Assembly (NCBI GenBank): GCA_024704765.1
Contig: JAKMXF010000360.1
Coordinates: 1-59,933, forward strand
Reading direction: 5' to 3'
Length of the DNA: 59,933 nt
Source: Oopsacas minuta
Lineage: Eukaryota > Animalia > Porifera
Shown piece by piece: positions 13,151 to 26,716 of this stretch. Under the pieces are notes generated by a model. The model did not search any database. It was not told the DNA's origin and saw only the letters and a program-made list of their open reading frames with translations. The position numbers were made by a program, and so were the translations under genes. Position 1 is the stretch's first letter. The number at the start of each line of letters is the position of its first letter.

Positions 13151-15088
13151 TTGTACATTACTAAATAATTAATGCGATATTTTGGTTTCAATTAGTCCAC
13201 ATTTTAAGGCGTTACAATGATTGGGCCACTGAATGGCAGTGCTCTTATCAGCGCAAGAAAGTTTCGTTCACTCACTTTGTTGGAAATGGCTTCCGAAAAC
13301 AAAATAACTCCTATTTATATTTAATTTACTCAAGAAAATCGTGGTAGTCTAAAATTCCAAAAAATATTATCGAAATAGGATTTATGCTGCAGTAATTTGC
13401 CTGTTTATAATCACTTGTTCCCCCTAAAACTATTAAATACAAAACTTATTGTCTTTATGCTACAGGGTGTTTTGACTTATCAGTGATTTCGCTACCTTGA
13501 TCATGATAAATTGTAATGCATCATCTTTCTGCTAATATACCTCCCTGTTTCTTGCGCTCTTTCGTGTGCCAAGTTATAATGAAGTGCGAATTTTTGTCCA
13601 AAATTAATTAGTCAAAATAATTAAATATTGATAATGTTTCAATTATTGTACTTAACCTACTAATTTAGTATCTGTACTACATAGTCTAATCGTTGCATCT
13701 AAGAATTTCACACTCGGAACATACAAAAGTAGTTGAAACGGTAAATTTTACTACCCGTTTTTTTGCCATTTCCGTGGATTTTATGGACAAAGAACCTAAT
13801 TTTGCCAATTGTAATTTATCATTTTTTGGTGAAAAAATTCTAGTTTAGTGCGAAAACCGATGAATAAATAATTAAATCTGAAAAAATATTATATTCAAAT
13901 TTCAACAAGTGATAAAGGTTATCCCCCCTTTGGTAATTCATTCTCTAAATGAGCATAGTTGTCTGCAATTAGGCGTAATTCAGGTTTGCATGGTACATTT
14001 AAGATAACATTTAGATAGCAGGTATTGATGTTCAATCGAAGGGACAAGTGGCCCCAAATGGTGGAGCTCGCTATAAAAAGTTGCCGAAATTTATATGTAG
14101 TAGCAGTTATGGACAGGATTGTCCCCAGCAAAGGACTATAAAACTGTGGTATCTGGCCATACTTAGCAGGTGACAGGTATATAAAGGTCAATACAATGGG
14201 AAATCGGAAGGGATTGTATTTGTTGGCCGAAATATGCAGGTCAAGGTTATTCATGTTGCCGTTAAACACATTCGGCTGTAAATAGTGAGAAGTCCAGTTT
14301 CGAAAAATTGAGATCACTTATATATTGATCATTGAATATGATACACGAGTCTTGTTGGGCAATAGACCAAACACATGCCAGGGTGTCGATACGCAATATA
14401 TATGACATCATCCAAATATTTAACCAACTTAGTAGTCAGGGTTGCCCTGAATTTAGATATCCATGGATATCGAGGCTTTGGTATATCCATTGATATATGC
14501 GATTTCCATATTTTGAAAATTATAAACGTTAGTGTAACTAGTAATATATACACAGTCGACAGCCGTTAATAAGAATACCCGTAAATAAAAACAAAAAAAT
14601 CTGGGGCCTCTAGTTTCTTTAATCAATTCTGAAAATAAAAAACATACGTATATAAATATATAGTTTTATTGCTTTGGGATAGTATAGATGTGAGTTGAAG
14701 AATAAAAGTGTCGTATTCTAGTGTGGATATTGTTCTAATGTTCTGTTGTACTTAGTAATAGACCGGGATAAGATGTTCTCCCGGGACGGGGTTAAGCCTG
14801 GATTGTCAGATTTTTGGCGGGATTCGTACATAAACGCATCTAATGAACAATTATATACTAGTATGAAGTTCATCTATGTGAAATTGATGTCATGAATTGA
14901 CAGTATTTCTGAATTTAAAAGTAACCTTAGGTATGGTTTTGTTTGAAAAAAGTATGGTGAGAATTCGGAATAGTGGGGTGTCCAGAATTCTGAAATAAAA
15001 TAATGTTAATTAATGTCTATAGTGAAAAATAAATAAATTTAACTATAAATTACATACGTAGAATATTATTTCATTCCAAATTCCACTA

Positions 15089-16431
15089 CAGAGCGTATCA
15101 AAAGTCTTTTCCTCTTATGAATACCACTATAATATAGAATTTCTTAAATAGATTCATCTAATTATTTGTCTATATATTCACCATTAAGTTTCATACATGA
15201 ATTAATTCGACTTGGCATCCCACAACTAAATTCTCAAGTATCGACGGGCTAATCCCATTCCATATATTTTTCAAATATTTTCCGAACTGTGTTAAATTTG
15301 TAGCGGGCTTTATCTTGTCTAGCTCTGCTTAATAGACCAATGATTTTCGATGGGATTTAAATCTGGGGAGTTACTAGACCAAACACCTTTCTCCCAAAAG
15401 CCAGGTAGATGCTCTGAAAGCCATTTCTGGGTCCTTATGGCTGTATGGGCAGGGGCGCCATCCTGCATGAAAATTGTCTCGGACATTTTTCGACTAATTT
15501 TCCTTTGGGTAAGTGGGGCTCTAGTCTTTCTACGCTTAAAGGTAGGGAGACAACACTTCTCCAGGATTTCATTAATGTAGTAGTCAGGATTCACTGAGCG
15601 TTTTGGGGGAATGAAGTGTAGTTCTGATAGCCCTAACCGGTTCATCATTCCCCAGACCATCATTTTCGGGGGATTTTTGAGTGATTCAACTGGGTAATGT
15701 TGTGCGGACTAATGTCCTAAACACGATCATTCCGCCTATTAGTCAGATGGAAAAGCTCAAAAGGGCTTTCATCACTAAAAAGAACTTTCTTAATCACGAC
15801 CAGTCCATGTTTTGCGTTCCTGACAGAATTCTAGCCTCTTTACCTTTTGTTTTTCAGTCAATTTCGGGTATAGGGTCTTTTATAGGCTTTCGCTCCGATT
15901 GTGTCGCTTAAATAACGGTGAATTGTGTCATTACTAACTGCCACCAACTTAGACGAGATATATTTCGCAAGATTTCGGGTTAAATTGTAGCGTTTCCCGA
16001 TTGATTTTGAAATATAATTTTCGGAATCCAAGAAAGCTTCGTCGGACGTCCAGACCGGAGCTTGTCATCAAGCAAATATCCAGCTCTATGCCCTGTACGC
16101 CAGTTCAGAACTGTCCGAATTGTGACTCCAAGAGTATTGGCGACTGTTTTCTGTGTTGAACCCGCTTCAATCATGCCAATCGCTCGCTCACGAATAGCAA
16201 ATCTCGGTTTCATGACATCCATGTATGAAATTTGTGACGGTTGAGAAAAAATATCGAAAATATAAACAGATTATCAAATAAGGAAATGAAATATTCATTA
16301 TAGTATTGGACTACTATAGATTAATAATAATAATAATAATCTGAAAAACTGTCGGTTAGTAAACAATACTGTTCGATTTATAACGACTTCAATCGAAGTA
16401 CTGAGAAGGAAAAAACTTTTGAGACACTCTG
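15089..16431 (-). mobile_element. Complete decayed Tc1-like DD37E element, 1343 bp
   Basis: TIRs CAGAGCGTATCAAAAGTCTTTTCC and CAGAGTGTCTCAAAAGTTTTTTCC (21/24). TA on the left, TG on the right. MDVMKPRFAIRERAIG...RSGRP, MMVWG, FMQDGAPAH-37aa-NPIENHW. Confidence 0.9.
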
Positions 16432-17108
16432 TGTATAACGGTATATAAATTCCTAGGTAGATCCCTGTAATTCTAGGCGATCTGGTAAAACCGTGAAATA
16501 ACAGAGATTCCCGATCGACCTTGATCTGGCTGCGTCCTGCGCACCCAGATGTGTGCGAGCTTTGAAAAATATTTATGAGAGTGAGGGAAAAATGACCATA
16601 TATCTGGTGCTATCCACATGTTCATGATACATTAGGGCATGAGAAATTTAAACTTTACACATTTGGCATGAGCGGAGTGCCTAACTCTAGATGAAGCCCG
16701 CGGTCGATCCCAAATTATACTATTTGATCTACGGATAATAAGCTTAAAAAGAGTGGCATGAACACATTGCAAGTCCATCAGGAAACTTTTAGCAAGTTGG
16801 GAGTTTAAGCAATAGTGCATCTATGGATATTCAACTCCAACAGACCCCAGGTTTAGAAAAACTCTTCAATATCCATGGGTATATCCTACAATAAAACATT
16901 AGAATTCGGCAATACAGTTTGAGATGTGAATATTCGATGTACCCAGCCGAGGAAATCCTATAAACTGCACCTTATGGCATGAGTTATAGTATAAACTTCG
17001 TACAATTTAAAGCCTATAGTCAACGTTCCAGGGCATTTGAAAAGAAAGAAATACAATTTCAATGCATATAATTCAGCAAACAAATTTTACAGGGCATATA
17101 ATTACATT

Positions 17109-18192
17109 TCATTTTAGTACGTCCTTGCATAGTGAATTGCTGTTTAAATGTGATTGTAACTGTTCATTTGGAATAGGTTTATGAAATTTGTCTTGAAGTG
17201 AATATACGGTAAATGAATGTGAAGGTATATTCATGGCAGAATTGAATTCTTTCGGGGAAAAACATGCAAATTCAGAAGTAACATCAATCGGCAAACGATT
17301 TGTACCCCTAGCAATCTTTTGTTCAATTAGATAAAATGTATACTCATCAAATAACAGTCGAATCAAGTGAAACGATCCAAAACTTGATGAAGATCGTAGT
17401 GTAAGGTCTCGAATTATCATAGAACTATAAAAAGACCATTTCAGCAAAAATTGTCTTGAATACTCAATTAGATCTTCGGAAGAATTAGCACTTTGAAGGC
17501 AATTAGATACGACATTTTCAAGCCAAGTTCCCCAGTTATCTAGGGTAGGTTGTTTAACAAGAGTACTTTTGAATTCTTGTTCCAATCTCGAGATCAGAGA
17601 TACATCACACTGACATATCCAGGAAGCTTGTTCATGAATGCTGAAGAAATTCACCTTTTGTATATCATTATACATTTCCAGCGTATTTCGAGGGTTTTGT
17701 AACACAGTCCTAGCTGCATGCGCTAAATGATTTAGAGAAGTATACCTACGAAGAATTTGAGAAAATGATAATATAGTTGCCAGTTTCGAGTTTAAAAATT
17801 TAATTGGGTAATCATATATGCTTTCTAGAAGTAATATATCTAAAGATTTTGCAAATTGTCTAAGTTCCTGAGTAATAGAAGTAGGAATAGGCCGAAGTAC
17901 ATCCGGTATCAGTGCTGATATAATAGATTGGTATAGAATTTGATCACATTTTCTAGACCATGCCAAAATAGTATCAGAGGAGCATAATCTGTGAAGAATA
18001 TTGTCTTTGTAGAGATTTGATTGATTTAGAGAAGTGTTTGGATCAATATTCGAAAGCAAGTTGTTAATTGATTGAATGTGAGCATTTTCAGGTTCTGAAC
18101 TCTTCTGTTTTTGATCTTCTGAATTCGGGATAGAATCTTCATGTATAGCATGATCTGTTTCACTCTCTTGATTAAGGAATATGCTTGCCGAT
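17109..18192 (-). CDS. RFX: RFX1/2/3-type transcription factor, terminal coding exon (extended dimerisation domain)
   Basis: LIPDVLRPIP, QILRRYTSLNHLAHAARTVLQN, EQASWICQC and RQFLLKWSFYSSMIIRDLTLRSSSSFGSFHLIRLLFDEY are RFX hallmark motifs. Uninterrupted frame. Likely acceptor ...CGTTTTAG|A at 18193/18192; the ORF part 18193-18335 looks intronic. Confidence 0.93.
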
Positions 18193-19682
18193 CTAAAACG
18201 AGGAATATAAACCCATAAATCAAGAACAGTTGGAAAGTAAATTTCAATTACAAAATTATAAAATTTGGAAAGGATAAGGAAACTAAAGGGTTGATGAAGC
18301 TGATAATGCAATAATAAATTTTTGAGTATCGCCAAAACTCAATAGGAAACGGCATTACATTTACTAGACATGCTAGATTGTTAGGGGAGTAACTTGCGAA
18401 GGGTGGGGTGGCACCTCACTTTACTCCGAAATGTTCGGGAAAATCGGAATTCAAAGGCGCTGGGGTATCGATCCCCACTCGTTTGGATATAGCCACAAAA
18501 AGATGATAAAAAATATATGTGTGAGCTCCTTGTAGATCGTTTAGAATGTTAGAAAGTTTGGCGTCTCTGCCAGAGTACTTCGATAGAAAAAGTGTAGTAA
18601 AATGAGGGTCCAAAGATGTAAGAGTAAATAAATTAATTTCTTTCTAGCAAAATACACTAAATAAGGCATATGTCCAGTAAGAAATAATGCGTGTAAACCC
18701 CTGGTAAAGTCGATAAGGTAATTAGTAATAGACCAGGGATCCTCAAGTATATTTGTCCAAAAGGGGCCAAATTTAATCGACTAAACTATCAAGAGGGCCA
18801 TGTAGGGATTGCGGAAATATTTTATATATCATCATGTCCAACCATGTATTTAGCAGTATATTTCCACTATACTAATACAGTGGAAGCCACTTAATCAGGG
18901 CAGCTGAGGAGTCAATGTTTTGTCCCGGTTAACCAATTATGATCATTAAGTAGTCTAAATTATTTTTCGTGGTCTCATGGCCAGAAATATCTTAATCACC
19001 ACTATTATCTCATGGCTATAGGTCTAGCAAAGATGAGTCGTTGTAGTATGCATATACTATACAAATTCCTTGTTAGAAAACAAACCATTGTATAAGTGAT
19101 AATGAATTTATATTTCGATTTCATCAAACTCTTTTGGTACCATAACCAGAATCGAAATCCAAATCAGCAATTATAAATGTCGAAATACTCGGTATATCTG
19201 GATCGAAGTCTAGGTTAAGAGGGATAATATTCTCAAAATATTATCTAATCGGGATAAGAAATCCCGATTAACCGATTCGATCTCCAAATTATCCGATGAT
19301 ATTTGCATGTAAAAAAATGATTCCTAAACAATGATCAGTTTAAGTGGATATCCTGATTATCCAAGTTCCTATTAAGCGCCAATCTCTGAATAGTCGTTGC
19401 TTCAGGCAACCTTTAAGTAATTAAAGAAAAGTAAGAAAATACAATTATCAATAATTATTATAGGCCTGCTGCAAAGTAAAAATCACAATGCTAATTGCTT
19501 TACATCAACATCCAACTATTAACACATGTACATATGAAATTTCCATTAGACTATATTTCTCAAAAGGAAAAGAGCGAAAAGAGGCAGACGAACTCAGTAC
19601 ATCGTTTTGGTAAATAGGGCATCTGAAAAGCAACAGTACCAAAATAGCAAGAGTGATAAAATAAAATGTATAAACAAAATAC

Positions 19683-19939
19683 CGGTATAATTTTTTCATA
19701 GATGAGATTGTTTCAACAATAAAAGGAGGTTGTAGAACTGTAGGACAAAATAGATTATCTCTAGAACCATCGATCTCTGGTCCTCTCCAAAAATTAAACC
19801 ATACAGATTTCACAGAATTGAAATTTAGGGTACAAATTAATTCAAACAAAGCCTCACAGTGTCGTCTGTAGAAATATTCAAATTCAAATAAAACTTGGTC
19901 AGAATGAAATCCGGACTCAGAGTCAACAATATCTTGAAC
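19683..19939 (-). CDS. RFX: RFX internal exon (B-domain region)
   Basis: VQDIVDSESGFHSDQVLFEFEYFYRRHCEALFELICTLNFNSVKSVWFNFWRG matches the RFX pattern YRxHCEAI..V..LQF..IE.LW..FWR. Acceptor CCATTAG at 19940 (phase 0). Donor CG|GTATTT at 19683 (phase 2) is compatible with the 18192 acceptor. Confidence 0.82.
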
Positions 19940-20079
19940 CTAATGGTGGACGAAAATTATGAACAGAAAGTATAAGAGCGTCCAAAAGTTCTTTACAAAT
20001 TCGTAATAAACGGAATATAAATACATATTTTCAGGTAAGGACTATATGATGGTTGAGGAAGAAATTCAAATACGAAACG

Positions 20080-20290
20080 CCGGATAGCATACTTTGTCTT
20101 GCCAAATGAGACCTCGCATTATCATGTTACAGGGAAATTCAACGGGTCAGTTAACAATGTATCTCTAGCTCAATTGCTTCTCGCATTTCCTCCAGTTCGC
20201 TGCGTAAAAGTCGCTGCTAATGGTTGTCATCTCAGGCGGCCAGTTGATTGAAATATGCCCTTTCTATCACAGAAAACTGTGACCATTCTC
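20080..20290 (-). mobile_element. mariner catalytic-domain fragment (within RFX intron)
   Basis: Broken frames RMVTVFCDRKGI...TTISSDFYA...HDNARSHLA. Confidence 0.55.
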
Positions 20291-20299
20291 TTTACGATG

Positions 20300-20920
20300 G
20301 CGGAAGGAGTAAAGGTATATACGCCCAATTTTGGATAATATAAGATGGATTTTGGCTGTTACGGGGATTATTATCATTCTTGCGCACTGCCATAAGTTCG
20401 GAAGAAACACCCTCTAACAAAATTTTTTAAATGGCAATATAAATGGGTTTAAAGCATCAGCTGCACTTAGATGACTGAACGGAGTCGAAAGAGGGGTTAC
20501 TCGTTATAGTTAGGACCAGTTTTGAGAATGGAACATGGTACTTTCCTGCGAACTCGATAATGAAAGGAATTTCATGCTGATACGAATATATGTACGAAAC
20601 TTGTTTAGACAAAAATACAGAAGATAATGAAACTTAAAGGATTTAAAGTCGAAATGGGTTCAAGTAGAGGAAAGTTGTACTAATTTCCATTCTAGTGTAA
20701 TATAGTTTCTCCACAGAAATTCGTAATCCGCCTGAAATTCCTTTTAATATAAAAATCACATGATTATTGTTCGGAAATTTGTTTGAAATATAATGCAAGG
20801 ATGTTAAACATTCCACCATACAAACTTGCTCTAAAGATATTGTGTGAATGTCTATCAACTCTACTCGGTCATCTAAGTGCAGCTAGATTCTATAAAACCA
20901 TTTATATGGTCATTGCATAG
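20300..20920. mobile_element. LINE (CR1/L2-like) RT-proximal remnants in two orientations
   Basis: Minus strand 20300-20480 gives ALNPFILPFKK.LLEGVxPNLWQCARMIIIP (pre-RT LINE motif). A related segment is repeated inverted at 20868-20914. Confidence 0.35.
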
Positions 20921-23900
20921 TTTTATGTATAAGGATGTTTCGTCCGAACATAGGAATGTTGGTGAAGATAAATGCGGAAATATCCAAAGCTACAATCCTG
21001 TAGGTCCATTATATATTTTCAAACACTGGGGGTATATACACTAACTAAACAAAAAATTAGCACACAATAAATATAGAATATGGAAAAATTTGGAATATAT
21101 CTAAATGCATGAGATAACATACTGAAAGAACTATACGACTCTACAATTTAGCATTGTCCTGACTAAAGAGATGAATATTCTCTAAATAGATATTTTATTG
21201 ACACATTTCGTTCAATTAATATTTAATGTGCTAATTATAGAATCAATTACATACTGTTTAGAACTAAACTGAGAAGGAACAAATTGATAGGATACTCGAA
21301 GTTTACGGGTGATTACTACATTGGGATGAAGATTTCGATTGTTTAGAAAATATCATATTGATAAATTAGCATTCATATATTCGTGTCACAAGTGGCAGAA
21401 ATGGCACACAATGTTCAAGAAAATAGTCAAATAGTTCTTTCAGGTATATTATAGAATTCAAAATATATTATTCACTGTATTAGCAGGATTAACAATTGCA
21501 AATTCGGTTGTATGCAAGTACTTTTGTCAAAATAGTGTATCTCACCAAAATCAATAGTAGGCACTGGAGGTGGTACCTTTTTGCGAAAATATGGAGTCTG
21601 AGTCAAGGACGATTTATGACACTTGGCATTGCCGAAAATTCGAAAATATATACAGACAAATAATTTGAATGGTGCATAAATGAACAGTTTTGCTTACAGA
21701 GTGCTTCATCAGACTTTAATGAGACACAATAACGCCGGAGTTCGAAAATTAATCCGTCAATTTGTGATTACATTCACACTCAATAACTTTTCGAAATTTT
21801 AGAAATCCTATGATGTTGCAAATTCCACATTATTAAAGAATGAAATCATAATAATATGAGACTTCAGTTATCGGAGAAAAGAATAATCAAGATAATATAG
21901 AATAATTCGCAAGGGTGCAAACAAAATCTCAAAGTTTGTGGCTAGTATAATCGAAATGCCAGCAGAGAAGCGCAAATAGGTTAACCAAGAAAGGATTCCC
22001 TACATCAGAAAACACGCTACTAATACAATTCCTGGAGGGAATCAAAAGTTGCAATGGAATTGTCCAATATTCGATCAATAATGTGACGAATAAATAATAC
22101 ATGGTTAGACATCAAAAATATTTACTTGGTATATAACCGAGTATTATTGGAATAGGCATCAGTGTTTTGTATGCTGCTATTCAAGAATATACATATTCGG
22201 TTCAAGCAGTTTGAACCTGGGAAAAAATATATCTCAACATACTCAATAATTGAAACTATGGTAAGTCTTTAAGTAGTGTATAAATAGTTAAATTCATTCA
22301 TCATTATTTTATGAAATTTCAAATAAAGGACACAATTTTCGAAATATATCCATTATTGCAAGGATAGATCGGTTTCATGGAACAATGGAAATTTAGTAGT
22401 AAAGTTTGACAATTGAATTGCAGTCCCGCTAACCAATATATGATGCGGCCCATGGGAGGATGGCGGGAAGTGTCCTCCAAAGAAATGTCTTTCGATCGCC
22501 AATGAACACGCAGTTTTTAATACTATTAGAAATACAGGTTATAGGAACCCAGATCTGCAGCTACATGACTCTAGTATCATTTGTCAATCAATTACGAATT
22601 TTGTTTCCTTGTGAACTAAAATCTTCGAGTTTTCTCAGGAGATAAGTCACAATTTTTCCAATGAACCAACAACCTTAGGGTATTCTATAAGAATCTAATG
22701 ACATTATATAGACTGAGGAAGTAGAAATTAAATTGACTCTGGTAAACGACATTTGCATTAGAAAATATTAACTGGAGATAGGGGGTTACCAGGACATTCG
22801 CAGTCTCGACATCAACCAATTATAGAGGTTCTACTGTAATGTCAATGGATATAGTGCGAGAAAATTAGGTTTGTAGGTGGAAGTAAATATAGCGCTAGCA
22901 TATTTGGCATCATTCGAACCTGAATTTCATGAAAATTATAAATACTTCGTGTCTACTACCAGGATCCTTCCCAGCAAATTAAATATGCAAAGTTTTGAAA
23001 TTCCTATTAAACAGGGTGTTCAACCAATTCACTAACAAAAGGAAATTGCCGGAATTGATTGCTGGACAAATATAAATTGAAAAACTTGTTCTCATAAATA
23101 GACAATTAATTTATATTTTAAGAAAGAGATAAATGACTACAACTAAATGAAATTCTTTCATAATGAGTATCTTCAATGTTAAATCATTTTAAAGTGTTTT
23201 AGTAGATACAAAAATATTGATAGTCTTCAACTTGAGTTTTTGCTTCGTCTAGAAATTAAGGGATTCGGTATATAGACTTTGATGAAACATTCCGAGGTTA
23301 ACAATATAATGACCTCTGCCACTCGACGGGGACACCTACAATTGACCTGGTTGAATGATAGAATTCCTCTATCTGTATATTACTTTGGGTATCACTCAAC
23401 AACTCAATCTTACGTTATTTAAAACTAATAAACTCCCGAATAAAATCGAAAATTAATGAAACAGATGGTTCTATATTTTTAAGTAATATAATGAAATATT
23501 TGTGATATAATTGGTGAAACATGTACTTGTCATTATATAAATAGCAACTAATCAATTTCAAATTAATCAAATTACTAGTGTGATATTGGTTATCAGTGTA
23601 AACCTACCGGTAGTTCAAGTCGTCACATGTCCATAATTGGAAATATTTTCCCGAGCAACGGAGGCACAGTGGCTTTAAATGGATATCCGTAGCTTTTAGT
23701 GCCTTGGGTACATTAAGAGTGCATAAAATGAATTATGTATCTATAGGTTATTGGATATAACTAGTTGATTCATAGCAAAATCTTTTTGGTATGCCTTTTA
23801 ATTATTGAGTTATGATGACGTAATCACAATATGCAAAACATATACACCAGCGTAAAATCTATCCAGGTTGTAGTTAGGGGTATAAAATCTCTCAGTTAAT

Positions 23901-24947
23901 TATGGGTTAATCACTGTTTAAAGTATATTAACTAAATTACGTATTTTAGATGGCTTTTATTCTTCTTGTCATGATGACGTAAGCAAAATTATAAAAGTTG
24001 AATTCCGGAAATATCTGTGTTATTTGAGCTATTTAGATAAAGTATTCACACTAAAATTATGTATCAAGCGATAATGTGTTTAAATTATCAATCAACGTTC
24101 TTTTTAAAGTATTATTACCTGAATAACAATTTTATCTAAGAAACAAAATAGTTAAATTTCAAAATTTGACGTTTTACGCATTCTTGTAGATAAGGGACAA
24201 ACAAGACTTGAATGTTGGAAGAAATATTTGTGGTATCCTTATAATATTGTGGCAGAACTTATACCCTACCTGTAATGTCATTAATCTTCTCAGTATATTC
24301 AACAATCTGTTCTAATTATATTCTGGCAATAGTTATAAATTCTTTGCTCTTTTCCAATAAGCAAACAATATATAAACTAACTGGTTTATCTCCTCTACTT
24401 TAGTCACATCTACAGTAATTTCATTAGGGATACCAAGATTCTCCCCTCCTATTCGATTTGGTTTAGAATAATATTCTGTAAGCAGTTTTGTAATCCAAGT
24501 TGAAATGAGTGTAAGCATTGATAGAGTACTATGATGTGTTCAAAAATTTATGGCAACACTTTTCCTAATAAGAGAACCAAATACATTTGCATTCCCTTGT
24601 TAACTCATTCTACAAAGCTTCTGAATTGTGTGTGTTCAGGTTTGTCCTGAACCTTTAGCATTAAGGGAATTTTTACCTTATCATTGTAGCAGGAGTAATG
24701 TTCATAAATTCCTTATATTATCACTTTCCCGGATAAAAGGGAGTCCTAAACTAATTCTTCTCCAGACTTCCTGTTCAAAGGACGGAGTCTACGAATTTAG
24801 TAAGAAGGTCTGATATACATTAAAATGTTTAAGGGTAGATAAACTTCGCTCGTATCCATGAAGTCAATTAAGTAACCTAACTGACCTCTGGAGGCAAAAT
24901 TTGAGTTCGAATGGCTTTCGTTACTGACTATGCAGAAGTTGTATATA

Positions 24948-26255
24948 CGAGGGGCACTCAATAAGTTTTGAGCCTGACTATGTTGCGAGGTCTTATATAA
25001 GTAAACCATTACTTGTTTCGAATAAACATGGGATAAATATACTTCGCTGAAAATCTTGTAACTTTATCTTGTATACTTTTCAGAGAGCAGTAGTTTTATT
25101 ATCTATGGATTCCTTAGTTGCCAAATCCCCAATACAGTTATCAAGGCGTGATATTCGTGCGATAATACTTTTTCAGTTCCAACTTTTGAAAAGAATAAAA
25201 GAATGTCACGAAAATTTCTGTACAGCCTTTCCAAATAACAAGGTATCTGCGGCAACAGTGAAAATATGGTACAGAGAATTTAAGTGTGGGAATTTTCATC
25301 TTGAAGACCAACCCCGCCCTGGACCACCCTCATACGCTGTTACAGAGGGAATTGTAGAGTCAATTGAGGACATGGTGATAGCAGACCCAAATGTTACATA
25401 TGAGAAGATTCAGCACGAAATTGGCATTTCATCGGGGCAGTGCACACCGTTTTACACCAATCCCTTCAGCTACGTAAACTTTGTTCCCGCTGGATCCAAC
25501 ATCAGCATCACCCTGAAGCAGAAGCAGAATCGAGTGAAACGGTGCCATGAAATGTTTAAAAAATTCAACAATGGCAACAGTAGAGATGTTTCCAAGATAA
25601 TAACTGGTGATGAAACATGGATCTATCACTATGATCCTGAAACAAAGCAGCAGAGCCGTCAATGGTGTGAAATTGGAGAAGGTCCCCAAACAAAGGTTCG
25701 CAGAACTCAGTACACCAAGAAACAAATGTATGCAATTTTGGTTAATACAACGGGTGTTAAAACTGTTATACCTCTTGAACCTGGTAAGACAATTAATTCA
25801 ACCTGGCATACAGAGAGTTGTTTGCCTTTAATCATAAAAGCAATAAATTTACAGTGTACTGGCACAGGATTAAGGGGAACTTTTTTGCACCATGATAATG
25901 CCAGGTTCTCATACATAAAAGTGACAAGACAATTCAAAGAAGAATCAGGACTACATATTTTGTCACATACCCTTATTCTCCAGATCTAGCACCCTGCCAC
26001 TTCTGGCTCTTCCCTAGAATACAAAAATACCTTAGAGGCAGAAATTTTTCATCGAATTCTGAACTTAAGGGGGTCCTTAGAGAAGGGATCGGAGTCATCG
26101 ACGAAAATGAATTTATAGAAGCTATTCAAGCTTAGTTTGAACGAATGAACAAGTGTAATCAGGCTAAGGGATGGTATTTCGAATAATTATAGTAAAAATA
26201 AATATAGATTGATGCTTCTTGATACTTAGGCTCAAAATTTATTGAGTATCTCTCG
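24948..26255 (+). mobile_element. Complete mariner (DD34D) element, 1308 bp; ORF 25069-25989
   Basis: TIRs CGAGGGGCACTCAATAAGTTTTGAGCCT and CGAGAGATACTCAATAAATTTTGAGCCT (24/28). TA left, TG right. IITGDETWIYHYDPE, LHHDNAR, then frameshift to YSPDLAPC. Confidence 0.93.
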
Positions 26256-26716
26256 TGCTTATGTAATTGACATACAGGACAGTAATTCAGAAAGACTGGG
26301 ATTGAAAATTACAGCAAATAGTCATCCCTAAAAGAGTGTTTCAACCATAAGTATGAAAGTCCTCTAGTAAACAAAGAGCTCAACCTTTGGCAACCATTAA
26401 ATCCATTTACGTGCTTCGTTGGTAGGTCGCTGGGCGAAGGCTTAGTGCGCCTAGTTTGCACGCAAAAAAAATCAAACATGTTAGTGCTTATAGTAACTAC
26501 GCGACATTGTATACTTGTAAATAAATGCATTGAATAAGAAAATAATGAAAATTTTAAATTTATTATTATCCATTGTTCGTCCAAATACATTTGATGGCCT
26601 TTATAGTAACCCCGTACCTGGAAGGTAACTTTTTGTTAGTAATCTGGGCACTTCGTGCCAGTATCATGAAATTCTCAAAATATATCCAAAATGAAAGTTT
26701 TGATCTTTGTAATGTA

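Noticed and set aside
14456-14471. 16-bp palindrome GATATCCATGGATATC
   Set aside because: 8-bp arms are expected by chance in 60 kb of AT-rich DNA.
18440-18500. tRNA or tRNA-derived SINE head (GGGGATCGATACCCC T-arm-like hairpin, minus strand)
   Set aside because: No A-box at the proper distance and no cloverleaf.
19550-19871. Plus-strand two-exon model (DYISQKEK...HRF|DEIVSTIKGG...) with plausible GT-AG intron
   Set aside because: It is the antisense shadow of the RFX exon, whose minus-strand frame matches RFX motifs.
24540-24600. RFX DBD look-alike NANVFGSLIRK (minus strand)
   Set aside because: Flanked by stops, with no RRLG/KYHY or WL..NY neighbours.
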